From Octopus vulgaris (Eukaryota), in assembly GCA_951406725.2 (NCBI GenBank), contig OX597814.1, forward strand, positions 166,036,001-166,100,000: DNA of 64,000 nt, in the 5' to 3' direction. Positions 1 to 12,900 of this stretch are shown here, piece by piece. Both the position numbers and the translations under genes were made by a program. The notes below the pieces were generated by a model. It did not search any database and was not told the DNA's origin. It saw only the letters and a program-made list of their open reading frames with translations. How positions within the stretch are numbered: the stretch's first letter is position 1; each line of letters opens with the position of its first letter.

Positions 1-3000
1 AGTTATAAAGTAATGATTAAGGTAGCGCCAACTGGTTTAAGTTATTTACATATCTTGATTTGGTTCATTTGGCTCTATTTTAAATTTTACTCATTATATT
101 TTCAATCTTGCTTGTGCTGACTTCTAAATCTTGGATTAAATTTTTTATTCTTTAAAATTTAGTATTGTTTCTATGGCAATGTGATGTGAATTTTGTTTTA
201 CATTGTTATTTACGTTGTTAAATTTATCTCAACTTCGTTTTTGAAACTGTTGTACTTTAATTGCACATGAGCTTTTCTTGCAAAGTAATCAAGGGGAGTC
301 AATCAAATTTTTCTTCAAATATTTTGGTGAATGTTGTCGAGATTTACTGATGATCTTTCCAATGATCAGAGTGATCTCACACCTTTTAATCTAAGCACTG
401 ATGAGCTCCAGGTGAGCCCAATTTTCAACCTAATTTTAGTTCCTAGTTTTTGTAATTTTGCTTCTTCACTTACGTTGTTGTTACACTGAAGCTGCTCCCT
501 CTTAAATATAATGAAGGTAATGTAAAAAGAAAACATTTCATCATTTGATGCATGTAACATATTTGAAAATCATGTCCTGAAACACGTGGAATATTATTCA
601 TTTCAATCTTGGTTTAGTGCAGTTTAAATTGGTTTGACTTTTTAATAGAGTTGTAAGGACCAAATGTTTTATATAATTTAATTTTACCGTTACATTGTGT
701 TCAAATCTTACAAGGGCCCACTTTTTCTCTCATCTTTCAATGAGAGGAGAAAAAAAATAGTAGTTGAATTCTTTATCTCTTCCCTCCCACAAACATTTGT
801 AACTTTGTGCCATTAGAAATATTGATGCAACGTCACAAATGGATGTGACCTTCTGTATCTAGAATATTTCTAGACACAATCTAGATTTCTAGAGGTTGGG
901 GATTAGAAGAATTCATAGAGTTAGAAAAAGGTCCTTTGGTATTTAGTTATATCACTTTGTTCTGAATTCAAATCCTTCAAAAGTCAAAGCAAGTACTAAT
1001 AGCAAACTAGGGTTGATTTAATTGACTGTGTTGTTTCCAAAAATTTGTAGCTTTACGCTAATGTTAAAAATTGATACTTCTGGTTAAAATTTTTACTGTT
1101 GGTGTATTTAAACATTTAAAAAATTAGTTTATCATTTCACTCTACTATAAGTGTATTGGTGGATTTTGCTACATTTGAGACTAGAACTTGCCTTTTGTTC
1201 AATATTTCTAGCACCAATTTCAGGCAATGAGCTGGCAGAATCATTAGCAAGTTAGACAAAATGCTGCTAAGCATTTTATCTATCTGAGTTCAAATTCTGT
1301 CACGGTCGACTTTGCCTTTCATCCTTTTGTGGCCAATAAAATAAGTACCAGTTGAGCTCTGGGGTCGGTGTAACTGACTTACCTCTCTCCTGAAATTGCT
1401 GGCTTTGTGCTAAAATTTGAAACTAATGTTTCTAGCTCTGGCCATTGTTTAAACAGTGAAAAAGTTATGTATAATTTCATAGAAACTGAGTTGATTTTTC
1501 AGTTTACTAAAGACATTGAAAATTTGCTCAAGAGAAATATTTCAATGAAAATTTGCTCAAAGAGAAACTATTTAAATTTTCAATTTTTAATTTATTTAAA
1601 ATAAAAAAGATAATATTGTTATTTTTGTTATTGTTTATCATTGAGAGACATTTTACATTAATATATACTGCTAATGAAATCTTTTTTTAATTTTATTTCT
1701 TATTGAAGTTTTCAAAATTTTAAAAATCATTCGTTAACACTAAATCATTTGTTGGCACACATATTTTTTATATTTTCTTATCTCTCGGAAATAAAACAAG
1801 TACAATTTTGATCTGTGTATTATTAAAAATAAAAGAGTAACACTTGGAAATCCAGTTTTTTCAGTTTTATTAAAATATATGAATCAAAAAATTTGTCATT
1901 GTAAAACTGTATGTTATTGGAAAAGTATGAAAAGAACGAATGAAAGAAATATCCCAAATTCTAGGATTCACATTTGTGGATGGATGGTGATATAAGAAAT
2001 AGTTGTTTGTAAATCACAGTAATAACTTATTGGAAACAGTGAATTTAAATTTATAAGGAGTAAAACCTACTGCAACTTTGTGATTAGGGAATCCTGTTTT
2101 TTGTAATTCAAAATGAAATCAAAATATTTGATATCATTTAGCTACTGTGAAAAACTTATTTCTCTCTTCTTTGAAGCAGATTTAAATGTTAGATTTATAC
2201 TTGTAAAATACCTGTTCAGAATTCACTAAACATTAATTATATATATATATGTATAAAAAAAATATTTTGGCTAATTAATTTGATGTTGCCTTACTTTAAA
2301 ACCAATTAACCAAACATTTACAAGTGTCAATTTTTGAGTGGGTATTGTATTCAGTATGTCTCGTAATTCAGAGATTGACTGAAAAAAATGTATAAATTGA
2401 TAAATATGATTCAAAAATCTTTATTTTAAAAATCTCAATTCCCAAGAAATGATTAATATTTAGGAGCATTCTAATCCTTCCTAATCACTATCTTTATGTC
2501 AGCAGCTAGTTTATAATAATCAAAATCTCCAATATGGAGCACCAACTTAGATATAGTAACTTCATCTTTCGTGTATTCAAAGCTGAAATTAGACTTCAGA
2601 TGGTTTTGTCTTTCTCCACTTCTAGTACTGATAAAATCAGTCATAGTAAGACACTGAGGTTGATTATAACAATCACATACCCGTTTCAAAATTGATATTT
2701 ATACCTAAAGCAAAGATTTTTTTTTTTATTTTAAAAATGATTAAAATGTCAGTACTGTTAGTCTGCTTTTGTTGCTTGCTCTAAAAGTTAGGAATTTTAA
2801 AATCTAGCAATATACAAGGTGTAATCTCTTAAGAATTTTAAAAGTAATTGAGTATTCAGATCTTTTAGAAGCTATAACTATAAAGTCCACATACATCATC
2901 AATTGATGCTTCCTAAATAACTTCACCTGTGTTATTGTTCTTAAAAATAGGTTTGTTCTTCATAGATAAAATAGTTTAAATAAAATTGGTTATAACATAT

Positions 3001-3159
3001 ATGTAATTTTATTTCCCTTCAAATATTTAATGTGTGATAAAACATCAGCAAAGCAGATCTACAAGTTATAGCTTGTTCTTTTATACTAAAAGTCTTCTGT
3101 TGCTAGACTCTTATTGAAGAGGAACTTTTTCTTCACCTGTTCAATAAATATCCATAATA

Positions 3160-3926
3160 TCAAGATTTTAAAATGACATGATTTGCAGTAACAAAAATTA
3201 AACAAAACGCTGACCAAACCATTACAAACCACACCCAATATTTACTTTTGAACATGGACTTTTTGTTATTAGGTAAAGGGTTAAATGTTAGAAATTCTTC
3301 TTTGCGAGCAAAATATACTAACAAGGCTGGAACGATATACTGAATTCCACTGCCAGCATAGGAACCTGTAATTCCAACAAGGAATTCTACTTCATCTGTG
3401 ATGATAGCTATAATCAAAGGAGGTATGATAGCAAGCAATGGGAAGAAGATTCTATCTATAAACCAATGGTATGGTTTCTCGGGATTATAAAACAATGTTT
3501 TCAAATTGTTCCGAAGTGTAACAGCTATAATTGGAAAATTTGTACTGAGTGTAAAAACAGGAAAAAGAAGGAGGAAATATTGGAGAAATTTACTGTCAGT
3601 TATTAACTGTTGTGAATCACTGTTTGAATTTGGGAAGAAATTTAATGTGTAGACATCATTAATTTCATCAAATGCAAAAATGGCTGTAAATGACAGCAAG
3701 GCATAGAAAAGTAAAATTAAGAAGTAGTCTGCTGCTAGAAGATTGAAAATCTGGTTTTTGTTCTTGATTGGTGTCACTAATGATGGAAGGGAGTGATGAC
3801 ACATGAATGAGTATACACATACACCAAACAGATTTGGGATTCCGGAAAAGTTAAAAACTGGTGGATGGCCTTTTCCTTCACCGTGGCTTAATCGAATAGC
3901 AGTCAGTACAACCATAATAGTAAATG
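3160..3926 (-). CDS. TMEM104: TMEM104 coding exon 10 (terminal, 767 nt): (A)FTIMVVLTAIRL...ANHVILKS*
   Basis: Acceptor ttgttttgcag at 3937-3927, phase 1. Contains ORF-track 3160..3915 with the conserved multi-TM C-terminal half. Confidence 0.95.
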
Positions 3927-6900
3927 CTGCAAAACAATTAAAAGAAATAAAAACAAATTAGAAGGAAAATGATATTTTTAAATAGACTGAAAGGAATACT
4001 TCAATGCTTACTATCATTGTTAAACAACTGATTTTCTATGCCTGCATGGGTTTGATGGGCATTTTTTAGGCAGGGTCTCATGGCCAGATTCTTCTTTGTA
4101 GTAAACATTTTCAGTTACCTCTTACAATATGCAGAGACAGTGTACTTATTCTAAAATAGAGATACACATGCTAAACAATTCTAAGCTATTAAGTTATGCT
4201 TATGTAATATAGCTTCACAAAATCCTAGTGTCTAAAATGTCAAAATAGAAAATTCATTCATTTTCATAATTATACAAGTTTTATATTTTTAAGCGGAGAA
4301 TATTTTATTTTTAAAATAGGTTTATAATATTCTTAGCAGATGAGTATAGGCGTATGAGTGGCTGTGTGGTAAGTAGCTTGCTTACTAACTACATGGTTCT
4401 GGGTTCAGTCCCACTTTGTGGCACCTTTGGCAAGTGTCTTCTACCATAGCCTCGGGCCGACCAAAGCCTTGTGAGTGGATTTAGTAGACAGAAAATGAAA
4501 GAATCCAATCGTGTATATATATATATATATGTATGTATGTATATGTTTGTGTGTCTGTGTTTGTCCCTGCAACATCGCTTGACAACTGATGCTGGTGTGT
4601 TTACATCCCCGTGACATAGCAGTTCGGCAAAAGCGACCAATAGAATAAGCCCTAGGCTTACAAAGAATAAGTCCTGGGGTCGATTTGCTCGACTAAAGGC
4701 GGTGCTCCAGCATGGCCACAGTCAAATGACTAAAACAAGTAAAGAGTATTTGTATACCAAATGGTGATAATTTTGAGCAACTTTAATTTAGAATGTAGTT
4801 CAGTGAAATACGAGTCATATATAATCATAGCAAATTCTAAACAAGAAACACTGAAGTGACAGTCATCATCATCTTTGGTTTGATCTTTTTTTTTTTCACA
4901 CAAGCAAGAGTTGGACAAAGCTGAAGTACATGATCTTCCAGATATACTCTTTTACTTGTTTCAGTCATTTGACTGCGGCCATGCTGGAGCACCACCTTTA
5001 GTCGAGCAAATCAACCACAGGACTTATTCATTGTAAGCCTAGTACTTTATTCTATCTGTCTCTTTTGCTGAACTGCTAAGTTACGGGGTCGTAAACACAC
5101 CAGCATTGGTTGTCGAGCGATGTTACGGGGACAAAGCAGACACACAAACACATACACACACATATATACATATATACGACGGGCTTCTTTCAGTTTCCGT
5201 CTACCAAATCCACTCACAAGGCTTTGGTCAGCCCGAGGCTATAGTAGAAGACACTTTCCCAAAGTTCCACACAGTGGGACTGAACCCAGAACCATGTGGT
5301 TGGTAAGTAAGCTACTTACCACACAGCCACTCCTGCATTATTCGTTGTCTGACCTATGAAACTTGCTTTTGTAATATATTTCACAATCATGAGGCTGCAT
5401 GGCCTAGAGGTTAGGGTGTTTCACTTACCATGATGAGATCATGGGTCTAGTTCTTGGATTGAGTGACACATTGTGTTCTTGAGCAAAACACCTCCTCTCA
5501 CAATGTTCTGCGATCACTTCAACACCTGACATGTGGTAAACTGTGCACCTGCTCAGGTAACATCAATTTACTGGAGGTAGCAAGCTAATGTACAATATAT
5601 ACATTTGATCACTGTAAACAAATCTTTTGTGCAGGTTGTTCAGCAAGAAATTACAGAACTGTCTTTCTCAAACTACAAGAGACTGTCATCTTGTATCTAA
5701 TGATCTCATGTTATATTCTATCCTAAATTTAGATGGTTCTTCAAAATTTTTAGGTTTTTAAAATGTTAATTTCAGTATCACACTAGAGAAATCATTTAGC
5801 CCAGGTCAGTCCTAACCAAACATACACACTGACCATTTTCAGGGGTATGATGAACTATATGTGTCCTAAATCATGTAAAAGATTCTTTGTTTGCTCAAAA
5901 TTATGGGAGTGATACTCTATTGTGCTTGACAAAATTACAGGGCTTTAGTCATTGAAATACTGAGCTCAGAGTTAGAAATTTTCAGATACTTTTCACTCCT
6001 TAACTTCCTACATAGAGGTGTCATCTTCATGCAACCTAGACACCTAACTCTGATCCTGCACTGCTTCTTTAAATAGTGATCTTGTAAACATTCTTCGATG
6101 GTAACATGATAATCTAGTATCTTTGAACAACACACAGATAGCACCTAATGAAAATCCTCATATTCTCTACAAGTAGTAGCCTTTGAAACATTGGAGTCTT
6201 GTTCATATATATAGGACAGTGCTGCTGCCATATACCCAAGCATTCATGATCTCATTAAAATAAAGATCTGGTTAATTGTCAAAGATTCATTCATTAACAG
6301 ATGCTTAGGTTCAGAGATGAACATTTGGAAATGAGCTCTCACTATGGAAGCTCCTCACCAGAGATGCATACCTTTTGAATTATCTCCTCACCCATGTATT
6401 CCAATCAGGTTTCAACATACAGATGTTCTATCTGTACAGCAACTACTTTAACCTCACCAGTTTTAAGCCAGCAAAAGTGTCACTCTGTGATTGCTCAATG
6501 TACTATAGAAATAGCAGCAAAATCTCCCTTAAATCACATCATACCATCGGATATGGTCTCTTATATTTTCTGTACACAGGGAAAAGACAGGATAGTTACA
6601 GCTGGGTGTCTCTGATCATAGGCCTGTTCAATCAGAATTGATCTGAGGCTAAAAATAAAAAGCAACAACAACCCCATTAATCTGGGATTCAATAAATAGG
6701 TGCTGCCATTTATTCTCTAAATAACAGAACAGAAAAGTATTCAACATCCATCTGAAATAATATATGATTGGTGTCAGCTCCAAAACTCATGGCCTTTGTA
6801 GATGGATTACAGTTGTTTAACATTTTACAAGAAATATTACAACAGATCAAAATGAATGAAAAAATAATCTTACCTGTCCATCGAAAGACTGAGGTAAAAA

Positions 6901-9900
6901 TCTGAAGATATCCAGTTTTTTGAACATTAAAAAAGGTAAATGGACCCAAAACTAAAGCAAATACAACCTGAAATACACAAAAATCATATATTTAGGATAA
7001 CAGAGATGATATTTTTGCTTCTCTAAAAATTTCAGGCCATTGCTTTTATGGAAGCAATACATATTACTCTCTTTACTCTTTACTTGTTTCAGTCATTTGA
7101 CTACGGCCATGCTGGAGCACCGCCTTTAGTCGAGCAAATCGACCCCGGGACTTATTCTTTGTAAGCCCAGTACTTATTCTATCGATCTCTTTTGCCGAAC
7201 TGCTAAGTGACGGGGACATAAACATACTAGCCCTAGGGGGACAAACACAGACACACAAACATATACACACACACTTATATATATATACATATATACGACA
7301 GGCTTCTTTCAATTTCCGTCTACCAAATCCACTCACAAGGCATTGGTCGGCCCGGGGCTATAGCAGAAGACACTTGCCCAAGATGCCACGCAGTGGGACT
7401 GAACCCAGAACCATGTGGTTGGTTAGCAAGCTACTTACCACACAGCCACTCCTGCGCCTATTACTGTTTAGAAAGAATATTTTTGCAGTTGTACATGTGA
7501 CCAGTTTTGATATATTTATATTGTAGTTGTTTTAAATGTTTTCACTAATGTCTTTCAAAAAAAAAACCCTGTAATTTAGTAGTTCAACTAAAGTGCCTGA
7601 AAGAATAGGGACCAGACTTTAAAATAATGAAGAAGTACTGGGATTGATTTGTTCAACTAAAACCCTTCAAGGTAGTGCCCCAGCATGACCACAGTCTAAT
7701 GACTGAAATGAGTAAAAGAATAAAAAAAAAATATTAGAATAATGTTAGGAACATTATTTACCAGGTGTGTATTGCTAGTTCATAAGATTTGCCACAAGAC
7801 CTCATTTATATTTCTCTTCTCTAAATGAGGTCTTGTGGCAAATTTTATGAACTAGAAATACACACTTGATAAATAATGTTCCTAACATTATTCTAACGAT
7901 TGATTATAGTCATTTCATTTATATTGAAAAATGTACAAACACTCCACAGTTACATATTCTCCTCTCTCATATAAAATATAAGGTCTTGTAGTTAAATAAG
8001 AAAATAATATAAATGATGAAAAGTTACATCATTTTAAAAACCTTCATTGGAAAAAGGTGAGAAAAAAAAGTACGTACAATAAAAATACGGTAAGCATTCT
8101 TCCGAGAGATATCAGATCCTGGCCAGCAGATGTCATCATCATTTGCAGTTCTATTAGTGTCTGTTAAGTTGGTGGTGCTGAAATATTAATTACAAAAATA
8201 TAATAAAAACCTTTTGTGAATTTTAACATACACACACACTACAGACATGGTTCTGTGGTTAAGGAGTTTGCTTTGCTACAACATGGTTATAGGTTTGATT
8301 TCATTGGATGGCACTTGGAACAAGTGCATTACTCTTAGATTAATCAGAATTTTATGAGGAAAATTTGGTATCTGCTTTAATCAGAATCATCATATTAAAA
8401 AAAAAAGTCAAGTGAGTAAAAATGCTAATTCTTTCTTTCATCTCCGGCGTTTGGCGACGGACTTGGTAAACACCCACAAAGTTATCAACCACCTCACCAA
8501 CAGCAACACTGAACACCTTTTTGATCTCCATGTGTCTAACACACGTGGACATGCCTACAAAGTCAGAAAACAATACAGCTCCCATGACTTTCGGAAACAT
8601 TTTTTCACGCTCAGAGTTGCTGAAGCATGGAATAAACTGCCTGCGTCAGTTGTTGACTGCCATGACACTGCATCTTTTAAGGCCCTCATGCTTTCCGAAA
8701 TCCGCCGAAACTTCACCTGATTATATATACACTTTAGATGAGTTGTAGTGCACCTGAGCACTGTACACAATTATTATTATTATTATTATTATTATCTCAA
8801 GCAAGTATGAAAGATAAAAAAAAGCAACAAAATTAAAATGTCACCATCAATTTCTAACAATTCTTGACTTTGTAAAATTTTAAACAGGCATAAGAGAAAT
8901 ATAGACCTTCTGTTGGGGCAAGTGAAATTGAAACTGAACCAAATTCGATGACTGGCACCCGTGCCAGTGGAGCACTAACAGCTCCATCCAAGCAGGATCA
9001 TTGCCAGAGCAGCTGCCTGGCTTCCGTGCTGGTGGCAAGTAAAAGGCACCATTTGAGTGTGATCGTTACCAGTGTCGCCTACCTGGCACGTGAACAAAAC
9101 ATTTGAGCGAGGCCGTTGCCAGTGTCGCTGGACTGACTCCTGTGCAGGTGGCACGTAAAAAACACCATTTGAGCGTGGCCGTTGCCAGTACCGCCAGATT
9201 GGCCCTCGTGCTGGTGTCACGTGAAAGCACCCACTACACTCTCGGAGTGGTTGGCGTTAAGAAGGGCATCCAGCTGTAGAAACTCTGCCAGATTAGATTG
9301 GAGCCTGGTGCAGCCATCTGGTTCGCCAGTCCTCAGTCAAATCGTCCAACCCATGCTAGCATGGAAAGCAGATGTTAAATGATGATGATGATGAATTTAT
9401 AATCATCAGTGGTTTAAAAATGAGAAGCACCAATTTAGGTCCTCTCTGAAAATATTTAGCAATATCAACCAGGTTTAACCCTTTAGCATTCAGCATACTG
9501 TCAAATGTTATGCTTATTTATTCACATTATTTTGGATTACTCATACATTATCTTTTTGTGTTGAGATTTCAATGAAGTGCTTAATTACTTTTTAATATGA
9601 CATCATAGGATAAGGTGAGAGAGCTGCATATGACCAGACTGTACATAAAACAGGTATAACATTTGAACTGGATATGGCCGGTTTAAATACTAAAGGATTA
9701 AAGAAACTCTTTATATATCAGCAATGTTAACTGGGCTATATGTTTACTTCTGTTATGCAGAGGTAAGATATCCACTATTAATAAAAGCACTTCTCTGTAA
9801 TGTATTAAATGTTCTCTCTGTACTTCTGCTTGAAACAGAATGACTAATTCTCAACAATAAAAACAACAACAACAGTATGGCTCTTTCTGTGACACCACAA

Positions 9901-12900
9901 TAGTCATCAGCAAGCTTTCCACATGTGACTATCACCTTCCAACACTACTAAGTTCAAATAGTCATTAATTTTCTATTTGACCTGACAATAATCTAAAACA
10001 AACAGACTCTCTTTGCTCTGGAATGATTTATAACAATGATCAACTGTCAAACTATCACTACTTTGATTTAAACACCAGCAAATAAGTTACCAAAGGCAAC
10101 AGTAGTTATAAAATGTACCAATTTTTCAACTTGAAAATACAGCATAATTTCAGTATTTCTTGTTTTGAACTATTTTTTCTCTAATGATTTTTTTTTTTGC
10201 TTATGCACAAGGTTATTTTAGTAACCTATACTAGGCTATTACTGCTACATAGTATATAAAAACCGGTAGAATTCAAATGCAAAATTCTAAGTTATTAAAT
10301 TAGCTAAACAACAACAACAATAACAACAGCAGCAGCAGCAGCAACAGCAACATCATCATCATCACCATCACCATCCTCCTCTTCATCATCATCGATTAAC
10401 GTCTGTTTTCCATGCTGGCATGGGTTGGACGGTTTGACTGAGGTCTGGAGAGCAAGTAGCTGCACCAGGCTCCAGTCTGGTCTGGTCTGGCAGAGTTTCT
10501 ACAGCTGGATGTCCTTCCTAATGCCAACCACTCCGAGAGTGTAGTGGGTGCTTTTTACATGCCAACGGCACTGGAGCCAGTAAGGCGAGCCTGGTAATGA
10601 ACATATTCAGATGGTACTTTTTAAGTGTCACCTGCACAGGAGCCAGTCAGTGGGGTACTGATATCAGTCACAATCGGTTGGTGTTTTTTATATGCCACAG
10701 GCACAGTAGCCAGTCAGGCAGATCTGGCTTCAACCACATTATATATACAAGCACATTTTTGAAGATATCAACTAGATTTCAGCATCCAGAGGTTGCCATT
10801 AATTCTTAGGCACAAGCATAGCTGTGTGGTTAAGAAGTTTGTTTTGCAATCATGTAGATCAGGGTTCAATCCCACTGCGCAGCACTTAGGGCAAGTATCT
10901 TCTGGTACAGACACTCACCCCAGGCCAACCAATGCTTTGTGAGCGAATTTGGTAGGTGGAAACTGTGTGGAATCCCATTGCATAGACAGACAGACAAACA
11001 AGTATGTGTGTGTGCATCTGTGTTTGTCACCTCACCATCCACAAATCACTTGACAACTGGTGTTAGTTTGTTTATATCTCTGTAACTTGGCAGTTTTGCA
11101 AAAGAGACTGATAGAATAAGCACCAGATTTAAAAAATAAGTACTTGGCTTAATTAGTTTGACTGAACCCTTTGAAGTAGTGCCCCAGCTTGGCCACAATC
11201 CAATGACTGAAACAAATAAAAGATAAAAGATAAAGGTAACTGAATTAACTTTAGTGTATTACTGGTACTTTAGTGACCCACATGGAATGGGTGGAGAAAT
11301 TGTTTCTAGGGACAAGATTACACACTAAAAGGCATTAGTCCAATATTTTGTTCATCCCTTATGTTAACTCTTCACTTTATGCTTTAATCATTACAAAGCA
11401 CTTGATGTTACATTGAGGATGTCTTGGCATCACTCACCAAGTCCTTTGTGATCCGCTCTCTGGCTATCTATCTGTGGCTTTATATAGCTATGGTGCAACC
11501 TCACCTGGAATTTGCATCACCTGTCTGGAACCTCTATTTTGCCCAGGATATTAATCGTCTGAAAACCGCTCAGTGATGTGCAACCAAAAGAATACCCTCC
11601 ATCAGGCATTTGCCATATCCTGAATGCCTTACTTCCCTGGGCATGGATACATTGAATCTCCAACGTTTGGCAGCTGACTTGGCAGACACCCATAAAATTA
11701 TTAACCATCTTACAAACAATAACTCAGAGCACCTTTTCAAACTTCACCTGTCTAACACCTGTGGACATGTTTACAAAGTCAGAAAACAGCACAGCTCCCA
11801 TGACTTTCGGAAACCTTTTTTCACACTAAGAGTTGCTGAAGTATGGAACAAACTGCCGGCATCAGTTGTTAGCTGTCGGAGCACTGCATCCTTCAAAACT
11901 TCCATGCTTTCTGAGATTCGCCAACACTACACCTGATTTTCTCCCCTCCATACACACGCAAGCATGTATCTGACTCATACACTGTTCACTTTCCAGACAT
12001 TTGTACATTACTGCATATGCTTTATATGCACTTTTGACAAGTTGTGGTGCACCTGAGCACTGTATACAATAATTTCAATATTATTATTAAACTGGTTTCC
12101 ATAATTTCAGTCTTAGTATTATATAGCTTCAGAATGATTTCAGACTGAAACACCCAAGCCTAACACACAGTAGAATGTCTATGTCATCAGTGACAAAACA
12201 TTAATTTCAAATTTTGGTAGAAAGCCAGCAATTTCAGGAGAGGGTAAGAAAATTACATTGATACCAGTGTTCAACTAGCACTTATTTTTTTCTTTCTCAA
12301 CATTGAAAGGATAAAAGGCAAAGCTGACCTCAGCAGATTTTGAACTCAGAATGTGAAGACAGGCAAAATACCGCTAAGCATTTTGCCCAGCATACTTACA
12401 ATTCTGGCAGCTTGCTATCGTTTTGACAAAATTAATATTGATTTCAAATTTTGGCACAAGGCCAGCAATTTCGGGAATGGGGGTAAATTGATTACATTGT
12501 CCCCAATGTTCAACTGGTACTTATTTTATTGACCCCAAAAGGATGAAAAGCAAAGTCAACCAATGAAATGCTGCTAAGCATTTTGTAGGTGTGTTAATCA
12601 TTCTGCCAGCTCACTACCTTTTTGCCAAAGTTAATATTAAAACCAATATTAGATTAGATATGAACAATGACATGGCAGAAATGGTATTGTATTAGAGGTA
12701 TTTAGTTTTATTAGTCTATATTTAGTTTTTTTTTCTCGCCCTTTTCAAGCCTAGCCAGGCTCATGGGCCCGGTTTCTGTGGCATATGTGTTCCCCCCAGC
12801 TGGACGGGATGCCAGTCCATCGCAGCGTTACTCAAGAAACAGGAAGAGAGAGTGAGAGAAAGTTGTGGTGAAAGAGTACAACAGGGGTAGCTACCACCCC

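Noticed and set aside
340-416. Plus-strand exon-like stretch RFTDDLSNDQSDLTPFNLSTDELQ with a GTGAGC donor
   Set aside because: In-frame stop at 328, no convincing acceptor and no recognisable homology.
8940-9240. CRISPR-like array of GGCACGTAAAA units
   Set aside because: Eukaryotic context; these are degenerate tandem units inside a dispersed retroposon, with no unique spacers or cas genes.
10308-10392. PolyQ/polyH-coding exon
   Set aside because: Compound CAA/CAG/CAT microsatellite continuous with a retroposon (GAT)n tail; no splice sites.
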